Source of the DNA: Candidatus Bathyarchaeota archaeon
GTDB taxonomy: Archaea; Thermoproteota; Bathyarchaeia; Bathyarchaeales; Bathycorpusculaceae
Reading direction: 5' to 3'
Assembly (NCBI GenBank): GCA_963715865.1
Contig: OY970280.1
Coordinates: forward strand, 768,001-832,000
Length of the DNA stretch: 64,000 nt
Of the stretch, positions 1 to 9,020 are shown in pieces. A program made the position numbers and the translations under genes. The notes under the pieces were generated by a model. That model saw nothing but the letters and a program-made list of their open reading frames with translations. It ran no database searches and was not told the DNA's origin. Position 1 is the first letter of the stretch, and each line of letters opens with the position of its first letter.

Positions 1-912
1 ATTAACGAGCGAGCATTCAAACTCGCAAAGCACAACGTGCAAATAAACGGTCTTGAAAAACTGGTCGCTGTTAAGCATAAGGATGCGAACTGCGTTTTAA
101 GCTGCCATGCCTCGCCTAAGAAACGGTTTGACATTGTTGATGTTGACCCGTTTGGCACTCCAGCGCCATACTTAGACTCAGCCATCCGAGCAATCCGCAA
201 TAACGGCTTGTTAGCTTCAACGGCAACCGACCTTGCGCCGCTGTGTGGAGTGCACGTTAAAGCCTGCATTCGCAAGTACGGCGGCAGACCCTTGCGAACG
301 GAGTATTGCCATGAGCTTGCTGTTCGGCTTTTAGCCGGTTGCACCGCCGCCTTAGCTGCAAAGCATGACATTGGCATTCGAGTGGTTTTTAGTCATAGCA
401 GTGAGCATTACATTCGAGTTTATGCTCAAATCGTGTATGGCGCAAAGAAGGCGGATGAAAGCGTCAAAAGCCTCGGCTGCATTCTGCATTGTTTCAATTG
501 TTCCCACCGAGAGACAACGCGCAACCCATTCGACAAAAGCATTGAAAAATGTCCTGAATGCGGCTCAAAAATGGACTACGCTGGTCCCCTGTGGCTGGGA
601 AACATCTTCGACCCTAACTTCTGCGAATCAATGATAAAAGAAAACAAAACGGTAGCTTTCAAGAACAGTGCTAAAATCGCAAAACTTCTCGCTTTAACCA
701 AAGACGAAGCCTCAGCACCCATAACATACTACGTACTTGACAAGTTAAGCGGAAAACTTGGCCTTCCATCCCCTTCCATACAAACCTTCGTCAATGCGCT
801 CTGCAACAGCGGTTTCCAAGCTTTTCCAACTCACTTTAACACGAGAGGAATTAGAACAGACGCTCCTGCCTTGGCAATGCATAAACTGCTCAAAGAAGCA
901 AGTGGTAGTTAG
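1..912 (+). CDS. trm1: tRNA (guanine26-N2)-dimethyltransferase Trm1, 5' end outside window
   Basis: Frame is open from base 1 (INERAFKLAKHNVQING...). Motifs DIVDVDPFGTPAPYLDSA, TATDLAPLCG, RKYG, HELAVR, CxxC...CPECG zinc site, GPLWLG, THF...GIRTDAP. Confidence 0.9.
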   Translation: MNERAFKLAKHNVQINGLEKLVAVKHKDANCVLSCHASPKKRFDIVDVDPFGTPAPYLDSAIRAIRNNGLLASTATDLAPLCGVHVKACIRKYGGRPLRTEYCHELAVRLLAGCTAALAAKHDIGIRVVFSHSSEHYIRVYAQIVYGAKKADESVKSLGCILHCFNCSHRETTRNPFDKSIEKCPECGSKMDYAGPLWLGNIFDPNFCESMIKENKTVAFKNSAKIAKLLALTKDEASAPITYYVLDKLSGKLGLPSPSIQTFVNALCNSGFQAFPTHFNTRGIRTDAPALAMHKLLKEASGS

Positions 913-987
913 ATAACAATTTTTTTGTAGCAACAAAAGTTTAAAGAGCAAAGCCACCAGTCCTTAAATTAACAAAAGTGAACAATC

Positions 988-1794
988 ATGAACGATAAAA
1001 TCACGATAATTGGCGCAGGCATGATGGGCGGCGCCATAATCAAAAGCCTACTGAAAGGCGGCTACCAAGGCAAAATAACAGCGGTTGATATTCAACCTGA
1101 AAGACTCAAGGAATTTGAAAATCTTGGCGTAAAAACGTCAACCGATAACAAAAAAGCCGCTGCAGATGCGGACATAATCTTCATCATTGTTAAACCAGGT
1201 GATGTAGAAAAGGTTCTCAAAGAAATCAGCCAAGAAATCAAGGACAAACTGTTGATTTCTGTAGCTGCAACTGTTCCGTTAAAGTTTTTGAAAAAGAATG
1301 CTCCTGACGCTAGGATAGTTCGCATTATGCCTAACCTTGGCGCTTTAGTGCAAGCAGCCTACACGGCTTACTGTTGCGAAGCAAACGTTACTCAAGAGGA
1401 CAAAGACAAAGTTAAAACTTTGCTTAACATGATGGGCATATGCGATGAAATCGACGAGAAATACATGGATGCAATAACCGCAATAAGCGGCAGTGGACCA
1501 GGATACTTGTCGATAATTATTGAGGCTTTGACTTATGCTGGATTAAAAGTTGGGTTACCGCGTAACATAGCGTTAACCAGTGCAGCCCAAACGGTAATGG
1601 GCACAGGCAAACTTATTATTGACTTGCATGAGGAACCATCAAAGATTAAGGATATGACAACAACTCCGGGCGGCACAACCATCGAAGCCATATACCAAAT
1701 TGAACAAAGCCAAATCAGACCAGCAATAATACGCGCAATCGAAGAAGCCACAAAGAAGAGCCAAGCAATCAGAGAAAAACTAAACTTAAACTAG
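988..1794 (+). CDS. proC: pyrroline-5-carboxylate reductase
   Basis: GAGMMGGA Rossmann motif, VKP, RIMPN, AISGSGPGY, TTPGGTTIEA. Confidence 0.95.
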   Translation: MNDKITIIGAGMMGGAIIKSLLKGGYQGKITAVDIQPERLKEFENLGVKTSTDNKKAAADADIIFIIVKPGDVEKVLKEISQEIKDKLLISVAATVPLKFLKKNAPDARIVRIMPNLGALVQAAYTAYCCEANVTQEDKDKVKTLLNMMGICDEIDEKYMDAITAISGSGPGYLSIIIEALTYAGLKVGLPRNIALTSAAQTVMGTGKLIIDLHEEPSKIKDMTTTPGGTTIEAIYQIEQSQIRPAIIRAIEEATKKSQAIREKLNLN

Positions 1795-1805
1795 CAAGAC
1801 CAGCC

Positions 1806-2462
1806 ATGTTTGAAGCGGTAATTTTCGACTGGGATGGCACCCTAGCCGACACACGACAAGCAATCGTTATCGCATTCCAAAAAGCCCTAAGCGAAATCAA
1901 CTGCAAAGTCAGCGATGGGTACATTGAACGCCGAATCGGAATTGGAGCAGCAGACACTTTCCGCGACACATTACGGTCAGCAAAAATGCAGTTTGGCGAA
2001 AAATTGATCCAGCACTTAATCGAACGCAAGAGCCATCTTGAAATCGAGCTAACAAACCAAGTGAAACTGTTCCCGGGCGCCAAAGAGCTCCTTGAAGCGT
2101 TACATGGCAAAGTGAAAATGGGTCTAGCATCAATGAATAACCGCTCAGTAATCATCCACTTGCTAAAAGCAAACGACTTGGGAAAATACTTTGATGCCGT
2201 TCTTACAGCCGAATCAATTTCACACTCAAAACCAGACCCAGAAATTTTCTTAAAAGCCGCGTCTAAACTGAAAACTATCCCTGAAAAATGCGTAGTTATC
2301 GAGGATTCGATTTTTGGTGTCAAAGCCGCTAAAGTGGCAAACATGAGTTGCATTGCGGTTCTAACAGGTGTTTATTCTAAACAAGAACTTGAAAGGGAAA
2401 AGCCCGATTTGATAGTTAAAACGTTAAAAGATAGGCAAATCCTGCCGTTTATTGTGCAGTAA
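1806..2462 (+). CDS. HAD-superfamily phosphatase (beta-phosphoglucomutase-like, subfamily IA)
   Basis: DWDGT motif I, KPDPEIF, EDSIFGVKAA. Confidence 0.9.
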   Translation: MFEAVIFDWDGTLADTRQAIVIAFQKALSEINCKVSDGYIERRIGIGAADTFRDTLRSAKMQFGEKLIQHLIERKSHLEIELTNQVKLFPGAKELLEALHGKVKMGLASMNNRSVIIHLLKANDLGKYFDAVLTAESISHSKPDPEIFLKAASKLKTIPEKCVVIEDSIFGVKAAKVANMSCIAVLTGVYSKQELEREKPDLIVKTLKDRQILPFIVQ

Positions 2463-2481
2463 TATAACCTTGTGGTAGTGT

Positions 2482-2537
2482 TTTGACAGTCACATAGCTT
2501 TAAGAATTTTTGAAATTAATATTAAATCACTGTCAAA
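2482..2537. promoter_or_regulatory. 9-bp inverted repeat around an AT-rich TATA-like segment upstream of the 2550 ORF
   Basis: TTTGACAGT (2482-2490) and ACTGTCAAA (2529-2537) are exact reverse complements. Confidence 0.3.
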
Positions 2538-2549
2538 CTGTGGGAAGGG

Positions 2550-2831
2550 ATGATATTCTTGAAGAATCTGCTTGCAAACAAAAAAACAAATCCTCCAGTA
2601 TTCCAAGTTCTGCTGCTAGACAATGATGCTAGCGAAGACGTTGAGGTTCAGGAGGCAAAACAGGTTGATTTTCTCCAAGTCAAGGAGCACCTGAAAAACG
2701 GCGGGTCAGTCTTCATTACAAGCAAAGGCTCGCAAAAACTAGTTTACCCCAAAGCCAAAGCGCAGCTAAACTATAGCAAATCAAGAAAAAACTATGGAGC
2801 CCTCTTCCGACAGCACCTGAGAAGTTCATAA
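2550..2831 (+). CDS. small hypothetical protein
   Basis: 93-aa ORF preceded by GGGAAGGG, with protein-like composition; no recognised domain. Confidence 0.6.
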   Translation: MIFLKNLLANKKTNPPVFQVLLLDNDASEDVEVQEAKQVDFLQVKEHLKNGGSVFITSKGSQKLVYPKAKAQLNYSKSRKNYGALFRQHLRSS

Positions 2832-3051
2832 ACGTGTGACGTGCATCCAGATTAAGATTCCCTTTACCCCCCTCTCTCTTCCGTATGTTTTTTTGGGTGC
2901 ACGCCACTCCTAGTTACTCTTAATGCGTTTGGCGCGTAAAAACTTGCTTTACGATTAGAAAAGAGGTATCTCTTTATTTTATAGATATAACTTGGGTTCT
3001 AAATGCATATGATAAGAAAATAAATTTTTAAAGATTAAAATGATAAGCGCC

Positions 3052-4122
3052 TTATTCTTTTCGCCTCAAAGCTTTAGGAACGTAGGCGCATCGTGGGTCT
3101 GAACCCAAAATATCTCCAGTATAAAACAAGGCTGAAGATCGGCAGCCGCCGCAAATCTCGCGGTACTCGCAAACGCCACATTTGCCCTTTATGTGGCTTT
3201 TATCTTTAACTTCAGCGAAAAACGCTGAATTTTGCATTTCAGCCCATATTTCCTTAAGCGACTTATCCTTAATGTTCCCAAGCCTGTAGACATCATTGTA
3301 ACTGCAGGGAATTGCATCGCCGTTTTCTGCAATGCTCATGAATTTGCCGAAGAAACATCTACCCAAGAAAAAGTTGTTGAACCAGTTATCAAAATCAGGC
3401 ATCCCTCGCTGCTTGGCCACTCGCGCGTAGAAGGGAATGTAAACGTTAATTCCTGGTTTTCCTTTATACTCTGAAGTCAAGTCGTAGAGTTTGTTGCAAA
3501 CCCACTCGTACTGCTGAGGTGAAGGGTCAGCTTTAAGGCTGCTCTTTTCTTTGCTGTAAGGGATAAAACCGTGAAAAACCACCCAGCGAGCATCATATTG
3601 ACGTGCTAAATCAAGAACATGCGTAATATCTTCCGTGTTAACGTTTGTTACGGATTCGCCTGCGTTGGCAAACGTGTATACAAGGCAGTTTAACAGTTTC
3701 TCGCGTGAAAACTTCTCTATCGCTGAAACCGCAGCTGCATAAGCGCCTTTTCCACGAATAGCATCATTTGTTTTCTCTGCGCCATCGATGCTGACAGAAA
3801 TTTTAACCGCGTTTTTAACAATGTTTTCAAAGGCTTTCTGGTCCATCAAGCGTCCATCAGTTATGATGCTTGTGTTCAAACCAAGCTTTCTAGCATAACT
3901 TATAACTTCGAAAAGGTCCTTTCTCAAAAACGGCTGTCCACCGGTAATTCCGAAGAAGCTTGCGCCAAAATCGTAAACTTCATCAACAATTTTCATGGCG
4001 CCTGCCGTGTCAACTTCGTCTGCAACAGCCGTTTTGCCCGCAGAAGTACAATGAACACAATTACTATTGCATGCGAAAGTGCAGCGCCAAGGAACAATGA
4101 ACAAGGGACCTTTACTTTTCAA
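3052..4122 (-). CDS. radical SAM/SPASM-domain protein (NirJ/AhbC-D/PqqE-like)
   Basis: CNSNCVHC (CxxxCxxC), TGGQPFLR, SIDG. SPASM Cys pattern C...GDAIPC...CGVCEYREICGGCR...DPRC. Confidence 0.9.
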   Translation of the reverse strand: MKSKGPLFIVPWRCTFACNSNCVHCTSAGKTAVADEVDTAGAMKIVDEVYDFGASFFGITGGQPFLRKDLFEVISYARKLGLNTSIITDGRLMDQKAFENIVKNAVKISVSIDGAEKTNDAIRGKGAYAAAVSAIEKFSREKLLNCLVYTFANAGESVTNVNTEDITHVLDLARQYDARWVVFHGFIPYSKEKSSLKADPSPQQYEWVCNKLYDLTSEYKGKPGINVYIPFYARVAKQRGMPDFDNWFNNFFLGRCFFGKFMSIAENGDAIPCSYNDVYRLGNIKDKSLKEIWAEMQNSAFFAEVKDKSHIKGKCGVCEYREICGGCRSSALFYTGDILGSDPRCAYVPKALRRKE

Positions 4123-4216
4123 GCTTCATCTCTCCGTGGCTTGTTAATATGCTATCCAAAACGACCATGTTATTTAACACTTCACATTCAACTGCCATTT
4201 TTTCTCATCCTACAAA

Positions 4217-5203
4217 TTATAGCTGATAGAGGTTTCCAACACTATTCCATACTAACGCATCTGGCAACGCTTGTGAAATGGCAAACATTGCTCGCCAACC
4301 AGTGCAGTGGGAAGGTACAATCAGTTCAGGGTTTATGCAAACTAACTCTTTAATAGGCAACTCGATTTTGTCTTCAAAGTCTTTTCCAGCCAAGTGAAAA
4401 CCACCCATAACAGCATAGACCTTCTCTACTCCGCTGATTTGCCTTGCATAGTTAATGGTGTTTATTATGCCTGCATGTGCACAGCCTGAGAGGATGACTA
4501 AGCCTTTTCCTTTAACGTTCATTACGATTGCACGGTCATCCATAATCAACGGGTCAGGTTGCCATGAACCGTTAACGAAGGATTTGTGATTCATAAGACC
4601 AGTTTCAAAGCTTGTTGTTCTCGGTATCTCACCTGTTACGCAAACACTGCTACCAGCTATCAGAAACGGTTGCTTTGTAAAGATAACTTTGGCTGAATTT
4701 AACTGTGCTTTATTTGGAAACTCAGCGTATTTCCTGATTGTTCCGTCTGAGTAAGCGGTTCTTCTATCTCTAAACATGTCTTCATGAACAATGATTGGCA
4801 AGCCCACTTTACCCACCGCTTTGACCGCTGATAACAAACCGCCGAAATGGTCGTAATGCCCATGAGACAAAACAATACAGCCAACTTCGCTTAGGCTCAT
4901 TCCCATCCTTTTGGCGTTTTCAATTATAGCTTCAGGGCTACCTCCAGTGTCAAATAGGATGCTCTCTGACTTGTCTTGGTTGAAAATTCTGATTAGCATT
5001 GAGAATCCATGTTCAGCAAATGGCAACTTGGCATGCTTGCTTGTCCATTCGCCGCCATACCGGTCTCTTGTCCATTGCATAAAGGATTGAACATGCTTAT
5101 TGTTTACAGTGGAAAGGAAATCTATTGAATTATCAACCAGGCTAATTATTTCCATGCGGTCAGTTTCTCTTATTTTAAAAGTTGAGGTTTTAGCTGCTTT
5201 CAA
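4217..5203 (-). CDS. metallo-beta-lactamase-fold hydrolase (COG1237)
   Basis: AEHGFS, LFDTG, LSHGHYDHFGG (HxHxDH), SGCAHAG, GGFHL, PSHCTG; TTG start. Confidence 0.87.
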   Translation of the reverse strand: MKAAKTSTFKIRETDRMEIISLVDNSIDFLSTVNNKHVQSFMQWTRDRYGGEWTSKHAKLPFAEHGFSMLIRIFNQDKSESILFDTGGSPEAIIENAKRMGMSLSEVGCIVLSHGHYDHFGGLLSAVKAVGKVGLPIIVHEDMFRDRRTAYSDGTIRKYAEFPNKAQLNSAKVIFTKQPFLIAGSSVCVTGEIPRTTSFETGLMNHKSFVNGSWQPDPLIMDDRAIVMNVKGKGLVILSGCAHAGIINTINYARQISGVEKVYAVMGGFHLAGKDFEDKIELPIKELVCINPELIVPSHCTGWRAMFAISQALPDALVWNSVGNLYQL

Positions 5204-5221
5204 TCGAGGAACACCTGCTTG

Positions 5222-5791
5222 TTATAGTGTGCCTTTGTAGTGGTTTGTTGCTGGGCAACCGACGCATTTCTGTGTTTCATATCGGTTGCAGGGATCACAG
5301 TCCACGTTGCATGGTGTGACCTTTTTTTCTTTGTGCGCTAGCGATTCTCTTATCTGAAGGAGCGGAGAAAAGTAAGTTTCGCTTACGGGATAGAATTCTG
5401 AGCGACGTATCCCTTTACTGCATCTGAGGGAACATTTTTCCATGGATATGCTCTCAAGGGTTTCTTGGGTTTCTGCAACGACAAGCGCTATCAAGTTGTA
5501 GCCGCCTACTGTTTTGAATATCTGGACTACTCTTGGGCACTCTTCGAATCGGTTGAGGAGGTCTTGCATTGCTTCTGCGCTTTCCATTTCCAGCATTACG
5601 ATTGCTGGATGCAGCTTGAGTACACTTGGATTGATTAGAGCTGATATTTTTATCGTTCCATTTTTTACGAGTTTTTCGAGCCGTTTCTTGGTTCCCATGC
5701 TTGTGAATCCAGTGGTTTTTGATAGTTCTTCAAGTGTTGTTCTTCCGTCTGCTTGAAGTTGTGTGATTATTTTCTTGTCAATCTCGTCCAA
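5222..5791 (-). CDS. Lrp/AsnC-family transcriptional regulator with C-terminal Cys cluster
   Basis: MDEIDKKIITQLQADGRTTLEELSK HTH; RAM-like G.YNLIA; tail CNVDCDPC..CVGC. Confidence 0.85.
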   Translation of the reverse strand: MDEIDKKIITQLQADGRTTLEELSKTTGFTSMGTKKRLEKLVKNGTIKISALINPSVLKLHPAIVMLEMESAEAMQDLLNRFEECPRVVQIFKTVGGYNLIALVVAETQETLESISMEKCSLRCSKGIRRSEFYPVSETYFSPLLQIRESLAHKEKKVTPCNVDCDPCNRYETQKCVGCPATNHYKGTL

Positions 5792-5803
5792 ACTAATCGC
5801 GCC

Positions 5804-5854
5804 TGTTTATTTTATAAACATAAACTATTAATAAGGTTTAGGTATTAAACTATT
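5804..5854. promoter_or_regulatory. candidate operator in the divergent Lrp / mrp promoter region
   Basis: 7-3-7 inverted repeat TGTTTAT-TTT-ATAAACA (5804-5820); direct repeat TAAACTATT at 5821 and 5846. Confidence 0.4.
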
Positions 5855-5876
5855 TCCACGTTAAACCGGTGAAAAA

Positions 5877-6836
5877 ATGAGGAATCTCACGAAGCAGATA
5901 AACGTTCCAGAAGAATGTGATGGAAAATGCGATTCATGCTCAACATCCGACGGATGCAACGACCAAAGAAAGAAACAATTTGAAGAAGAGCAAAAACTTA
6001 GACTTAAACTAAACAAGATTAAGCACAAGATAGCCATAATAAGCGGTAAAGGAGGCGTTGGCAAGAGCACCGTAACCGCAAACCTCGCCATGGCTTTTGC
6101 GATGCAAGGACACAAAGATAAAGTCGGTGTACTCGACGCAGATATTCACGGTCCGTGTATTCCAAAGATGCTAGGCCTCAAAGGACGAACGCTAATAGGT
6201 GGACCTGGTGGAATGTTGTTTCCAGTTACCGGCAGACTAGGGATAAAAGTTGTATCCATGGACTTTTTGCTTCCAAATGATGAGGCGCCAGTGATTTGGC
6301 GCGGTCCGTTAAAAATGAGAGTTATCCAGCAATTCTTATCTGATGTAACGTGGGGAGAACTCGACTATCTGTTCATAGACCTTCCGCCTGGAACCGGAGA
6401 TGAACCCCTTAGTGTTATGCAGTTGATTCCAGAAATGGACGGCGTAATAATAGTTACAATGCCCTCCGAAGTCTCTGAGGGAGTGGTTAAGAAGGCTGTT
6501 ACGTTCGCTAAACAGATAGGCGTTCCCATAATCGGCGTAGTTGAGAACATGAGTGGTTTTGTCTGTCCAGACTGCGGAGCAAAAGTAAACATTTTCAAAA
6601 CTGGTGGAGGCAAAAAGATAGCCGAAGACCTATCGGTTCCTTACCTCGGCAGTATTCCAATAGACCCTAAGGTGTGCAACGACTCAGATAATGGTGTGCC
6701 TTTCATAGCTGAAAACAAAGCTTCGCTTGCAACTAAAGCGTTCATGGAAATTGTCAAAAAGATTGAGCAATTCTTAGAAAATGAAGAAACTGCAAATGGA
6801 CACGCGAAAGGCCCGCGAAACCAAGGAAGTGATTAA
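5877..6836 (+). CDS. mrp: Mrp/NBP35 (ApbC) Fe-S carrier ATPase
   Basis: N-terminal CxxxCxxCxxxxxC, SGKGGVGKST, DADIHGP, WRGP, DLPPGTGD, ENMS..CPDC. Confidence 0.92.
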   Translation: MRNLTKQINVPEECDGKCDSCSTSDGCNDQRKKQFEEEQKLRLKLNKIKHKIAIISGKGGVGKSTVTANLAMAFAMQGHKDKVGVLDADIHGPCIPKMLGLKGRTLIGGPGGMLFPVTGRLGIKVVSMDFLLPNDEAPVIWRGPLKMRVIQQFLSDVTWGELDYLFIDLPPGTGDEPLSVMQLIPEMDGVIIVTMPSEVSEGVVKKAVTFAKQIGVPIIGVVENMSGFVCPDCGAKVNIFKTGGGKKIAEDLSVPYLGSIPIDPKVCNDSDNGVPFIAENKASLATKAFMEIVKKIEQFLENEETANGHAKGPRNQGSD

Positions 6837-7232
6837 ATGAAAATATGTGTAAGCGCAACAGCAAACAATTTAGAAGCCCAACTAGACCCTCGATTCGGTA
6901 GATGCGCCTACCTGCTAATTGTAGATTCTGAAACAATGCAGTTTGAAGCCATTCCAAACATGGCTGCGGGCGCAACAGGCGGTGCAGGGATTCAAGCAGC
7001 TCAAACAATAGCGAACAAGGGTGTCAAAGTGGTCATAACAGGAAATGTTGGACCTAACGCCTTCGGAGCGTTGTCAGCAGCTGGCATAGAAATTGTGACT
7101 GGCGCGTTTGGAACTGTCAGAGAGGTTGTTGAGAAGTTCAAGAGAGGCGAGCTGCAGAGAACTGGTGCACCTACTGTTGGTGGACATTTCGGAATGGGTA
7201 GAGGGCGAGGTGGAAGAAGATGGAGCGCATAA
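6837..7232 (+). CDS. NifB/NifX-family (Nitro_FeMo-Co, Orange-protein-like) protein
   Basis: DPRFGRCAY, GAGIQAAQ, GNVGPNAF; Gly/Arg-rich tail. Confidence 0.9.
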   Translation: MKICVSATANNLEAQLDPRFGRCAYLLIVDSETMQFEAIPNMAAGATGGAGIQAAQTIANKGVKVVITGNVGPNAFGALSAAGIEIVTGAFGTVREVVEKFKRGELQRTGAPTVGGHFGMGRGRGGRRWSA

Positions 7233-7291
7233 ACAAATTGAACGTAGTTAGACCAAGCAAACTAACATCTTTTGGCGAGGAGGTGAGGTAA

Positions 7292-7666
7292 TTGACAGAT
7301 AGAATAGTAATCCCTACGGAAGATCAAAATGGCTTGAACGCTCGTTTAGCAGAGCATTTTGGAAGAACTCCATATTATACCGTTGTTGACTTTGATGAGA
7401 ATGGTGAAGTTTCAAACGTTAAGACTGTTCCAAACGTTAGCGAACATGCTGGTGGAACTGGATACGCGCATGATCAAATCGTGGAGTTGAAGCCAAACGC
7501 GATCGTAGTTTACGGAATGGGACCGAGGGGATTGAGCACTTTCCAAAGCGCTGGAGTTGAAGTGTTAAAAGCCAATGCAAATACGGTCAGCGAAGTGGTT
7601 GCCGCGTATAAAGAAGACAAGCTCCAAGAGCTTACAGAAGGCTGCGAGCATGCACATCACCATTAA
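7292..7666 (+). CDS. NifB/NifX-family protein
   Basis: HFGRTPYY, GMGPRG, C-terminal CEHAHHH; TTG start after GGAGGTGA. Confidence 0.85.
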   Translation: MTDRIVIPTEDQNGLNARLAEHFGRTPYYTVVDFDENGEVSNVKTVPNVSEHAGGTGYAHDQIVELKPNAIVVYGMGPRGLSTFQSAGVEVLKANANTVSEVVAAYKEDKLQELTEGCEHAHHH

Positions 7667-7683
7667 GGCAGAAGCTGAGCGCG

Positions 7684-8139
7684 ATGACGTATGGTTGTGT
7701 AGGTGAGAGAACGTCAAGGAAACTATCAGAAGAAGAACTAAAACTGATGATAGAGTCAGGGTATTCCAAGAAAGCAATCGAACTATACATGAACAACGTT
7801 AACGTGGGAACATTGGAAACCCCAAGCGTTGCCACCACTTTTCTTGGTCCATGCGGCGACCTCGTTAAGCTATATCTAAGAATTAGCAGAAGGAACGTTA
7901 TAGAAGAAGCCAAGTTCTACTACCTAGGCTGTCCAGGTTCAGCTGCTTCGGCATCTGCAATGACCACGCTCCTGAAGGGCAAGACTCTTAATCAGGCAAA
8001 GAAGATGACAGAAGATGATTTATTGGTTGAACTTGGAGGTTTACCAAAGTCAAAGCTTGACTGTGCAAAACTATCCATAAAAACTCTGCGAAAAGCCATT
8101 GCTGAATACGAGAAACAAAAAGGTAGCTCAGAAATATAG
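7684..8139 (+). CDS. IscU/NifU-like Fe-S scaffold protein
   Basis: GPCGD, GCPGSAASAS, KLDCA: three conserved Cys; the usual His before the third Cys is Asp. Confidence 0.85.
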   Translation: MTYGCVGERTSRKLSEEELKLMIESGYSKKAIELYMNNVNVGTLETPSVATTFLGPCGDLVKLYLRISRRNVIEEAKFYYLGCPGSAASASAMTTLLKGKTLNQAKKMTEDDLLVELGGLPKSKLDCAKLSIKTLRKAIAEYEKQKGSSEI

Positions 8140-8183
8140 CCAATTTTCCATTTTTTCCTAAGTGTCTTTCAGGAGATAATTAA

Positions 8184-9020
8184 ATGATTGTGACAGTTGC
8201 TAGTGGTAAAGGAGGCACCGGAAAAACATCAGTAGCTGTGAACATGGCTCTTTCAGTAGGTAACGTTCAACTTCTAGACTGTGACGTTGAAGAACCGAAC
8301 GCCCATTTACTCTTACACCCAGACCTGCAAAAAATGGAGCCTGTTTACAGTTTGATTCCGCTTGTAAACGAAGAACTGTGCAGTCATTGCGGAGAATGTG
8401 CCAAATTCTGCCAGTGCAACGCTATATTTGCAACCGCCGAGAAAACTCTTGTCTTCCCAGAGCTTTGTCACAGCTGCGGCGGATGCGCCATGGTCTGTCC
8501 CAAAAAAGCAATCACTTGGGAAAAGCATAGAATTGGCGCTCTGAAGTTTGGTTCAGTTGGAGACTTGGAGCTTGTTTATGGGGAACTTGAAATAGGGAAG
8601 CCTATGGCGGTTCCAGTTATAAAGGCCGTCAAAAAGCAGATCAGAGAGGACGAAAATGTGATTCTTGATTCTCCACCTGGGACTTCGTGTCCTTTCGTGG
8701 AAACTGTTAGGGGTAGCGATTTCTGCGTTCTCGTGACTGAGCCTACGCCTTTTGGTCTGCACGACCTAAAGATAGCTATTGAGGTTTTGAAAAAAATTGG
8801 TATTCCTTTTGGTGTCGTCGTTAACCGTGCAGGCATCGGCGATAAAGCAGTTTACGATTACTGCAGAGAAGAGAGTATCCGCGTACTGCTGGAAATTCCC
8901 TATCAAAGAAGAATAGCGGAGCTCTATTCAAGAGGCGTTCCATTCAGCTTGGAAATGCCTGAATGGGAAGAGAAGTTTCAAACGCTCTACAGCGAAATAA
9001 GGAGGTCTGTCAGTCGATAA
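8184..9020 (+). CDS. MinD-superfamily P-loop ATPase with inserted 2x[4Fe-4S] ferredoxin (COG1149)
   Basis: SGKGGTGKT, DCDVEEPN, CxxCxxCxxxC twice, DSPPGTSCP, TEPTPFGLHD. Confidence 0.9.
   Translation: MIVTVASGKGGTGKTSVAVNMALSVGNVQLLDCDVEEPNAHLLLHPDLQKMEPVYSLIPLVNEELCSHCGECAKFCQCNAIFATAEKTLVFPELCHSCGGCAMVCPKKAITWEKHRIGALKFGSVGDLELVYGELEIGKPMAVPVIKAVKKQIREDENVILDSPPGTSCPFVETVRGSDFCVLVTEPTPFGLHDLKIAIEVLKKIGIPFGVVVNRAGIGDKAVYDYCREESIRVLLEIPYQRRIAELYSRGVPFSLEMPEWEEKFQTLYSEIRRSVSR

Noticed and set aside
3052-5791. Radical SAM plus Lrp-like gene as an AhbA-D heme pathway or a RiPP locus
   Set aside because: The Lrp protein is an ordinary HTH-RAM regulator rather than an AhbA/B pair, and no credible precursor peptide is co-oriented with the radical SAM gene.
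6837-8139. Nitrogen fixation genes
   Set aside because: Only NifX-like and IscU-like domains are present; there is no nifH/D/K/E/N, and these domains are common in non-diazotrophs.
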